Assembly (NCBI GenBank): GCA_964016885.1
Contig: OZ024741.1
Span: forward strand, 411,184,001 to 411,248,000
Source of the DNA: Eledone cirrhosa
Taxonomy: Eukaryota
DNA length: 64,000 nucleotides
Direction of reading: 5' to 3'
This document shows, piece by piece, positions 15,501 through 27,073 of the stretch (positions are counted from its first letter, which is position 1; the number at the start of each line of letters is the position of its first letter). The translations under genes and the position numbers were made by a program. The notes under the pieces were generated by a model. It was given only the letters and a program-made list of their open reading frames with translations. It made no database searches and was not told the DNA's origin.

Positions 15501-16905
15501 GATATAATATATCTAGTGATATAATAATATATCTGTAGTGATAAATAATATATCTATAGTGATATACTATATCTACAGTGATATAATATATCTATAGTGA
15601 TATAATACTATATCTATAGTGATATAATAATATATCTATAGTGATATAATAACATATATCTATAGTCATATAATATATCTATAGTGATATAATAATATAT
15701 TTATAGTGATATAATAATATATCTACAGTGATATAATATATCTATAGTGATATAATAATATATTTACAGTGATATAATAATATATCTATAGTGATATAAC
15801 AACATATCTATAGTGATATAATAATATATCTATAGTGATGTAATATATCTACATTGATATAATAGTATATCTACAGTGATATAATAATATATCTATAGTG
15901 ATATAATAATATATCTATAGTGATATAATAATATATCTATAGTGATATAATAATATGTCTACAGTGATATAATAATATATCTACAGTGATATAATAATAT
16001 ATCTATAGTGATATAATAATATATCTATAGCGATATAATAATATATCATTAGTGATATAATATATGTATAGTGATATAATATATCTACAGTGATATAATA
16101 ATATATCTATAGTGATATACTATATCTATAGTGATATAATATATCTACAGTGATATAATAATATATCTATAGTAATATAACATATCTATAGTGATATAAT
16201 ATATCTATAGTGATATAATATATCTACGGTGATATAATAATATTTCTGTAGTGAAATAATAATATATCTATAGTGATATAATAATATATCTATAGTGATA
16301 TAATAATATATATATAGTGATATAATAACATATATCTACAGTGATATAATAATATATCTACAGTGATATGATAATATATCTATAGTGAAATAATAATATA
16401 TCTATAGTGATATATCTATAGTGATATAAAATATCTACAGTGAAATAATATATCTACAGTGATATAATAATATATCTATAGTGATATAATAATATATCTA
16501 CAGTGATATAATATATCTATAGTGATATAATAATATATCTATAGTGATATAACAATATAGCTACAGTGATATAATAATATATCTATAGTGATATAATAAT
16601 ATATCTATAGCGATATAATAATATATCTATAGCGATATAATAATATATCTATAGTGATATACTATATCTACAGTGATATAATAATATATCAATAGTGATA
16701 TAATATATCTAGTGATATAATAATATATCATTAGTGATATAATATATCTATAGTGATATAATATATCTATAGTGATATAATATATCTACAGTGATATAAT
16801 AAAATATCTATCGTGATATAATAATATATCTATAGTGATATACTATATCTACAGTGATATAATAATATATCTATAGTGATATAATATATCTATAGTTATA
16901 TAATA
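3551..16905. repeat. Satellite 1 AAT-type domain 1 (22-bp ATATCTAYAGTGATATAATAAT with 19-bp variants), with ~3.75-kb higher-order repeat
   Basis: Rare variants recur at regular spacing: CTAAAG at 4761/8595/12330, TATCGCG ending at 5640/9408/13165, and the CGATAG variant at 6711/10460/13997. Confidence 0.93.
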
Positions 16906-16929
16906 TAGAAACATAGGATATAACACACA

Positions 16930-18292
16930 CCATCTCTACAGTGATATAACAACAACAAGATATCTACAGTGATATAACAACAACATATGTACAGTGATAT
17001 AACAACACCAACATATCTACAGTGATATAACAACAACAACATATCTACAGTGACATAACAACAACAACATATCTATAGTGATATAACAACAACATATCTA
17101 CAGTGATATAACAACACCAACATATCTACAGTGATATAACAACAACATATCTACAGTGATATAACAACACCAACATATCTACAGTGATATAACACCAACA
17201 TATCTACAGTGATATAACAAAACCAACATATCTACAGTGATATAACACCAACATATCTACAGTGATATAACAACACCAACATATCTACAGTGATATAACA
17301 ACAACAACATATCTACAGTGATATAACAACACCAACATATCTACAGTGATATAACAACAACAACATATCTACAGTGATATAACACCAACATATCTACAGT
17401 GATATAACAACAACAACATATCTACAGTGATATAACACCAACATATCTACAGTGATATAACAACATCATATCTACAGTGATATAACAACAACAACATATC
17501 TATAGTGATATAACAACAACATATCTATAGTGATATAACAACAACATATCTACAGTGATATAACAACACCAACATATCTACAGTGATACAACAACAACAA
17601 CAACAACATATCTACCGTGATATAACAACAACAACATATCTACAGTGATATAACAACACCAACATATCTACAGTGATATAACACCAACATATCTACAGTG
17701 ATATAACAACAACATATCTACAGTGATATAACAACACCAACATATCTACAGTGATATAACACCAACATATCTACAGTGATATAACACCAACATATCTACA
17801 GTGATATAACAACAACAACAACATATCTACAGTGATATAACAACAACATATCTACAGTGATATAACAACACCAACATATCTACAGTGATATAACAACACC
17901 AACATATCTACAGTGATATAACAACAACATATCTACAGTGATATAACAACAACAACATATCTACAGTGATATAACAACAACAACATATCTACAGTGATAT
18001 AACAACAACAACATATCTACAGTGATATAACACCAACATATCTACAGTGATATAACAACAACATATCTACAGTGATATAACAACAACAACATATCTACAG
18101 TGATATAACAACACCAACATATCTACAGTGATATAACAACAACAACAACATATCTACAGTGATATAACACAAATATATCTACAGTGATATAACAACAACA
18201 TATCTACAGTGATATAACACCAACATATCTACAGTGATATAACAACAACTACATATCTACAGTGATATAACAACAACATATCAACAGTGATA
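16930..18292. repeat. Satellite 1 AAC-type domain 1 (ATATCTACAGTGATAT + (AAC/ACC)n)
   Basis: Abrupt switch of the linker from AAT to AAC/ACC after a non-monomer junction sequence. Confidence 0.95.
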
Positions 18293-21200
18293 TAATAGTA
18301 TATCTACAGTGATATAATAATATATCTATAGTGATATAATTATATATCTACAGTGATATAATAATATATCTACAGTGATATAATAATATATCTATAGTGA
18401 TATAATAATATATCTACAGTGATATAATAATATATCTACAGTGATATAATAATATATCTACAGTGATATAATAATATATCTATAGTGACATAATAATATA
18501 TCTACAGTGATATAATAATATATCTATAGTGATATAATAATATATCTACAGTGATATAATAATATATCTATAGTGATATAATAATATATCTATAGTGATA
18601 TAATAATATATCTATAGTGATATAATAATATATCTACAGTGATATAATAATATATCTATAGTGATATAATAATATATATATAGTGATATATGATATATCT
18701 ATAGTGATATAATAATATATCTATAGTGATATAATAATATATCTATAGTGATATACTATATCTACAGTGATATAATATATCTATAGTGATATAATACTAT
18801 ATCTATAGTGATATAATAATATATCTATAGTGATATAATAATATATCTACAGTGATATAATATATCTATAGTGATATAATAATATATCTATAGTGATATA
18901 ATAATATAGCTACAGTGATATAATAATATATCTATAGTGATATAATAATATATCTATAGTGATATAATAATATATCTATAGCGATATAATGATATATCAT
19001 TAGTGATATAATATATATATATAGTGATATAATATATCTACAGTGATATAATAATATATCTATAGTGATATACTATATGTACAGTGATATAATATATCTA
19101 TAGTGATATAATAATATATCTATAGTGATATAATAATATATCTATTGTGATATAATATATCTACAGTGATATAATATATCTACAGTGATATAATAATATA
19201 TCTACAGTGATATAATAATATATCTAGTGATATAATAATATATCTATAGTAAAAAAACAATATATCTATAGTAATATAATATATCTATAGTGATATAAAA
19301 TATCTATAGTGATATAATAATATATCTGTAGTGATATAATAATATATCTATAGTGATATAATAATATATCTACAGTGATATAACATATCTATAGTGATGT
19401 AATAATATATCTATAGTGATATAATAATATAGCTACAGTGATATAATAATATATCTATAGTGATATAATAATATAGCTATAGTGATATAATAATATATCT
19501 ACATTGATATAATAATATATCTACAGTGATATAATAATATATCTATAGTGATATAATAATATATCTACAGTGATATAATATATCTATAGTGATATAATAA
19601 TATATCTACAGTGACATAATATATCTATAGTGACATAATAATATATCTACAGTGATATAATAATATATCTATAGCGATATAATAATATATCTACAGTGAT
19701 ATAATAATATATCTACAGTGATATAATAATATATCTACAGTGATATAATAATATATCTAGTGATATAATAATATATCTATAGTAATATAACAATATATCT
19801 ATAGTAATATAATATATCTATAGTGATATAATATATCTATAGTGATATAATAATATATCTGTAGTGATATAATAATATATCTATAGTGATATAATAATAT
19901 ATCTATAGTGATATAATAATATATCTATAGTGATATAATAACATATATCTACAGTGATATAATAATATATCTACAGTGATATAATAATATATCTATAGTG
20001 ATATAATAATATATCTATAGTGATATAATAATATATCTACAGTGATATAATATATCTATAGTGATGTAATAATATATCTATAGTGATATAATAATATAGC
20101 TACAGTGATATAATAATATATCTATAGTGATATAATAATATATCTACATTGATATAATAATATATCTACAGTGATATAATAATATATCTATAGTGATATA
20201 ATAATATATCTACAGTGATATAATATATCTATAGTGATATAATAATATATCTACAGTGACATAATATATCTATAGTGACATAATAATATATCTACAGTGA
20301 TATAATAATATATCTATAGCGATATAATAATATATCTACAGTGATATAATAATATATCTACAGTGATATAATAATATATCTACAGTGATATAATAATATA
20401 TCTATAGTGACATTATAATATATCTATACTGATATAATAATATAGATACAGTGATATAATAATATATCTATAGTGATATAATAATATATCTATAGTGATA
20501 TAATGATATATCTATGGTGATATAATAATATATCTATAGTGATATAATAATATATCTATAGTGATATACTATATCTACAGTGATATAATATATCTATAGT
20601 GATATAATACTATATCTATAGTGATATAATAATATATCTATAGTGATATAATAACATATATCTATAGTCATATAATATATCTACAGTGATATAATATATC
20701 TACAGTGATATAATATATCTACAATGATATAATAATATATCTATAGTGATATAATAATATATCTATAGTGATATAATAATATATCTACAGTGATATAACA
20801 TATCTATAGTGATATAATAATATATCTATAGTGATATAATAATATAGCTACAGTGATATAATAATACATCTATAGTGATATAATAATATATCTATAGCGA
20901 TATAATAATATATCATTAGTGATATAATATATGTATAGTAATATAATATATCTACAGTGATATAATAATATATCTATAGTGATATACTATATGTACAGTG
21001 ATATAATATATCTATAGTGATATAATAATATATCTATAGTGATATAATAATATATCTATAGTGATATAATATATCTACAGTGATATAATATATCTACAGT
21101 GATATAATAATATATCTACAGTGATATAATAATATATCTACAGTGATATAATAATATATCTACAGTGATATAATAATATATCTATAGTAATATAACAATA

Positions 21201-21625
21201 TATCTATAGTAATATAATATATCTATAGTGATATAATATATGTACGGTGATATAATAATATATCTGTAGTGATATAATAATATATCTATAGTGATATAAT
21301 AATATATCTATAGTGATATAATAATATTTCTATAGTGATATAATAACATATATCTACAGTGATATAATAATATATCTATAGTGAAATAATAATATATCTA
21401 TAGTGATATAATAATATATCTACAGTGATATAATAATATATCTATAGTGAAATAATAATATATCTATAGTGATATAATAATATATCTAGTGATATAATAA
21501 TATATCTATAGCGATATAATAATATATCATTAGTGATATAATATATCTACAGTGATATAATAAAATATCTATAGTGATATACTATATCTACAGTGATATA
21601 ATAATATATCTATAGTTATATAATA
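18293..21625. repeat. Satellite 1 AAT-type domain 2
   Basis: Return to AATAAT linkers and mixed TATAG/TACAG cores. Confidence 0.95.
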
Positions 21626-21649
21626 TAGAAACATAGCATATAACACACA

Positions 21650-24600
21650 CCATATCTACAGTGATATAACAACAACATATCTACAGTGACATAACAACAT
21701 ATCTACAGTGATATAACAACATATCTATAGTGATATAAAAACAATAACATATCTACAGTGATATAACAAGAACAACAACATATCTACAGTGATATAACAA
21801 CATATCTACAGTGATATAACAACAACATATCTACAGTGATATAACAACAACAACATATCTACAGTGATATAACAACAACAACATATCTACAGTGATATAA
21901 CAACACCAACATATCTACAGTGATATAACAACAACAACAACATATCTACAGTGATATAACAACAACAATAACATATCTACAGTGATATAACAAGAACACC
22001 AACATATCTACAGTGATATAACAACAACAACATATCTACAGTGATATAACAACACCAACATATCTACAGTGATATAACAACAACAACAACATATCTACAG
22101 TGATATAACAACAACAACAACATATCTACAGTGATATAACAACAACAACAACATATCTACAGTGATATAACAACAACAACAACATATCTACAGTGATATA
22201 ACAACAACAACAACATATCTACAGTGATATAACAACAACAACAACATATCTACAGTGATATAACAACAACAACAACATATCTACAGTGATATAACAACAA
22301 CAACACATCTACAGTGATATAACAACAACAACATATCTACAGTGATATAACAACAACAACATATCTACAGTGATATAACAACAACAACAACAACATATCT
22401 ACAGTGATATAACAACAACAACATATCTACAGTGATATAACAACACCAACATATCTACAGTGATATAACAACACCAACATATCTACAGTGATATAACAAC
22501 ACCAACATATCTACAGTGATATAACAACACCAACATATCTACAGTGATATAACAACACCAACATATCTACAGTGATATAACAACACCAACATATCTACAG
22601 CGATATAACAACACCGACATATCTACAGTGATATAACAACAACATATCTACAGTGATATAACAACACCAACATATCTACAGTGATATAACAACAACAACA
22701 TATCTACAGTGATATAACAACAACAACATATCTACAGTGATATAACAACAACAACAACAACATATCTACAGTGACATAACAACAACAACATATCTACAGT
22801 GATATAACAACAACAACATATTTACAGTGATATAACAACAACAACAACAACATATCTACAGTGATATAACAACAACATATCTACAGTGATATATAACAAC
22901 AACATATCTACAGTGATATAACAACACCAACATATCTACAGTGATATAACAACAACATATCTACAGTGACATAACAACAACAACTTATCTACAGTGATAT
23001 AACAACACCAAAATATCTACAGTGATATAACACCAACATATCTACAGTGATATAACAACAACAACAACATATCTACAGTGATATAACAACAACAACATAT
23101 CTACAGTGGTATAACAACAACAACATATTTACAGTGATATAACAACAACAACAACAACATATCTACAGTGACATAACAACAACAACATATCTACAGTGAT
23201 ATAACAACAACAACATATCTACAGTGATATAACAACAACGACAACATTACAGTGATATAACAACACCAACATATCTACAGTGATATAACAACAACAACAT
23301 ATCTACAGTGATATAACAACAACATATCTACAGTGATATAACAACAACATATCTACAGTGATATAACAACAACATATCTACAGTGATATAACACCAACAT
23401 ATCTACAGTGATATAACACCAACATATCTACAGTGATATAACACCGACATATCTACAGTGATATAACAACAACAACATATCTACAGTGATATAACAACAA
23501 CAACATATCTACAGTGATATAACAACAACACCAACAACATATCTACAGTAATATAACAACACCAACATATCTACAGTGATATAACAACAATAACATATCT
23601 ACAGTGATATAACAACAACAACAACATATCTACAGTGATATAACAACAACAACAACATATCTACAGTGATATAACACCAATATATCTACAGTGATATAAC
23701 AACAACATATCTACAGTGATATAACAACAACATATCTACAGTGATATAACAACACCAACATTACAGTGATATAACAACACCAACATATCTACAGTGATAT
23801 AACAACAACATATCTACAGTGATATAACAACAACATATCTACAGTGATATAACAACAACATATCTACAGTGATATAACAACACCAACATATCTACAGTGA
23901 TATAACACCAACATATCTACAGTGATATAACACCACCAACATATCTACAGTGATATAACACCAACATATCTACAGTGATATAACAACAACAACATATCTA
24001 CAGTGATATAACACCAACATATCTACAGTGATATAACAACAACAACATATCTACAGTGATATAACAACAACAACATATCTACAGTGATATAACAACAACA
24101 ACATATCTACAGTGATATAACAACAACAACATATCTACAGTGATATAACAACAACAACAACATATCTACAGTGATATAACAACAACACCAACATATCTAC
24201 AGTGATATAACAACAACATATCTACAGTGACATAACAACAACAACATATCTATAGTGATATAACAACACCAACATATCTACAGTGATATAACAACACCAA
24301 CATATCTACAGTGATATAACAACAACAACAACATATCTACAGTGATATAACAACACCAACATATCTACAGTGATATAACAACAACATATCTACAGTGATA
24401 TAACACCACCAACATATCTACAGTGATATAACAACAACACCAACATATCTACAGTGATATAACAACAACATATCTACAGTGATATAACAACAACATATCT
24501 ACAATGATATAACACCACCAACATATCTACAGTGATATAACAACAACACCAACATATCTACAGTGATATAACAACAACATATCTACAGTGATATAACAAC

Positions 24601-25935
24601 AACAACATATCTACAGTGATATAACAACACCAACATATCTACAGCGATATAACAACACCAACATATCTACAGTGATATAACAACAACATATCTACAGTGA
24701 TATAACAACAACAACATATCTACAGTGATATAACACCAACATATCTACAGTGATATAACAACACCAACATATCTACAGTGATATAACAACAACAACAACA
24801 TATCTACAGTGATATAACAACAACAACATATCTACAGTGATACAACAACAACAACAACAACAACATATCTACAGTGATATAACAACACCAACATATCTAC
24901 AGTGATATAACAACAACAACATATTTACAGTGATATAACAACAACAACATATCTACAGTGATATAACAACAACATATCTACAGTGATATAACAACAACAT
25001 ATCTACAGTGATATAACAACACCAACATATCTACAGTGATATAACAACAACAACAACATATCTACAGTGATATAACAACAACAACATATCTACAGTGATA
25101 TAACAGCAACATATCTACAGTGATATAACAACACCAACATATCTACAGTGATATAACAACAACATATCTACAGTGATATAACAACAACAACAACATATCT
25201 ACAGTGATATAACAACACCAACATATCTACAGTGATATAACAACAACAACAACATATCTACAGTGATATAACAACAACAACATATCTACAGTGATATAAC
25301 AGCAACATATCTACAGTGATATAACAACACCAACATATCTACAGTGATATAACAACAACATATCTACAGTGATATAACAACAACAACATATCTACAGTGA
25401 TATAACAACACCAACATATCTACAGTGATATAACAACACCAACATATCTACAGTGATATAACAACACCAACATATCTACAGTGATATAACAACAACATAT
25501 CTATAGTGATATAACAACAACAACATATCTACAGTGATATAACACCAACATATCTACAGTGATATAACACCAACATATCTACAGTGATATAACAACAACA
25601 ACAACATATCTACAGTGATATAACAACAACACCAACATATCTACAGTGATATAACAACAACATATCTACAGTGATATAACAACAACATATCTACAGTGAT
25701 ATAACAACAACATATCTACAGTGATATAACACCACCAACATATCTACAGTGATATAACAACAACACCAACATATCTACAGTGATATAACAACAACATATC
25801 TACAGTGATATAACATCATATCTACAGTGATATAACACCATATCTACAGTGATATAACAACAACATATCTACAGTGATATAACAACAACATATCTACAGT
25901 GATATAACAACAACAACATATCTACAGTGATATAA
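21650..25935. repeat. Satellite 1 AAC-type domain 2
   Basis: ATATCTACAGTGATAT followed by 1 to about 6 AAC/ACC triplets per monomer. Confidence 0.95.
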
Positions 25936-26615
25936 ACACCTTCTCCATAACTGTCCCCTTTAGTTATATAACAATGCAAAATATAACCTTTATAATAACT
26001 GACCCCTTAATAGAGAGGTGAGGAAGATAACTAAATACAGGGCAGTAGGGGCTTCACTAAGTATCCTTCTCGTGCTGTTCACCATTCAGACCTCAGGTGT
26101 TCTCTCTCAGCCACTGATTTTCACTACAAAATCAGGAAGACAGCTGCCTAAGGAAGAAAACTCATGAGGTAGGATGGTTGGTGCAGTGTGTGTCCCTGGC
26201 CATTCTCTGTGGCAATACCTTCAATATTTTGTCTACAGGGCACAGCTGAAACATACAGCTGAGAGTAAGGTATAGTCTGTCACTCCCTCACGACTTTCTC
26301 ATTTTTTCTTTTTTTTCTGTAGCCATTATCATTTCCTTATTGCACTCGTTGACTCTGTGGGAGATGTGGGATATAGTGGTAATGATGAAGGAGAGACTGC
26401 TAGAGAGAATTTGTCCATGGATCTCGGGAATTTTCCCCACCCTAGATAGATTGCCATTTATATTGTATAGATTATAAAAAATAAAAAGCAGTACAGTTAC
26501 CATCACATATTGTGTGAAACTGGTTTATAATAGGTATACGTATGTAAGAAAGGGATCTAAAGGTACTAAACCCACTGGAAATGGACCCTAATTCTACAAT
26601 ACAAAATACAAAATT

Positions 26616-26873
26616 AAAATGTTTATATTTATCTAAAAACCACCTTCAATCATAATTTTCTCAAAGAACCTTTATTAAGTTATGTTCCAAGCAGTGCGTA
26701 AATAAAAAAATTGAATTCCTCTAAATTCTTGATTATTTTCAAAAATATTGTAAAATCATAGGTAGTGTCTTTTATTAGAAATATGGTATTAAAAGGGTTA
26801 AAGTGTTTATATTTTAGCTAAAAACCATACAACATAATTTTATGGGAGAGCCTTTGTTAAGTTACATTCCAAA
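26616..26873. mobile_element. Decayed piggyBac-like MITE end (…AAAGGG|TTAA) plus an adjacent partial second copy
   Basis: GAAATATGGTATTAAAAGGG-TTAA ends at 26801, the CCC/GGG terminus and TTAA target of piggyBac-type elements. 26616-26690 is repeated in diverged form at 26801-26873 (TGTTTATATTT..CTAAAAACCA..CATAATTTT..CCTTT.TTAAGTTA..TTCCAA). It resembles a common octopus repeat from memory. Confidence 0.5.
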
Positions 26874-26958
26874 TATTACTAAAGCTCTCCAAATAGAATT
26901 TCAAATCAATGAAATATGACATATTTAAAATACAATTTAAAATATATATATAATAAAA

Positions 26959-26964
26959 ACTTAC
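26959..26964 (-). promoter_or_regulatory. 5' splice donor GTAAGT of the CDC23 exon
   Basis: The minus strand reads TTATATTT|GTAAGTTTTT, a perfect consensus. The TAA that ends the ORF-track ORF is part of this donor. Confidence 0.88.
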
Positions 26965-27073
26965 AAATATAAACAAAATCCATCGAGTTCCTTCTTTTGG
27001 TGCTTTTTTGATAATTCTGTCTTTAAAATTTTCACTCTTGCTAAATCATCATTTATAACTGAGGTCATACTAG
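26965..27073 (-). CDS. CDC23: Internal coding exon (109 bp, phase 1 to phase 2) of cell division cycle protein 23 / anaphase-promoting complex subunit 8
   Basis: Encodes xSMTSVINDDLARVKILKTELSKKHQKKELDGFCLY(L). This aligns to human CDC23 as recalled, LRELRVELSKKHQARELDGFGLYL(YGVVL), with ELSKKHQ..ELDGF.LYL identical. Bounded by CTAAT-GTCCTTTATTCCTACAG| and |GTAAGT. No other CDC23 exon was found in the window. Confidence 0.88.

Larger units (their letters stand above)
3551..25935. repeat. Satellite 1: 22.4-kb tandem array, core ATATCTAYAGTGATAT plus a variable trinucleotide run (monomer 16+3n bp, mostly 19-28 bp)
   Basis: Directly visible tandem array of roughly 1000 monomers. Confidence 0.98.

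Noticed and set aside
16930-25935. Constant 16-bp core with variable-length linkers, superficially CRISPR-like
   Set aside because: Linkers are only (AAC/ACC)n or (AAT)n of 3-20 bp, not unique spacers. There are no cas genes and the context is eukaryotic.
3551-25935. Telomeric repeat or telomerase product
   Set aside because: No TTAGGG or TTAGG tracts, and the array is interstitial with non-satellite DNA on both sides.
26226-26275. Plus-strand micro-exon (TTTTGTCTACAG...GTAAGG)
   Set aside because: Very short, no recognisable peptide, and splice-like motifs are frequent by chance in AT-rich DNA.
26288-26506. 72-aa minus-strand ORF as a further CDC23 exon or small gene
   Set aside because: No similarity to the expected downstream CDC23 sequence (YGVVL...HWGAW) in the frames I translated, and no convincing splice pair.
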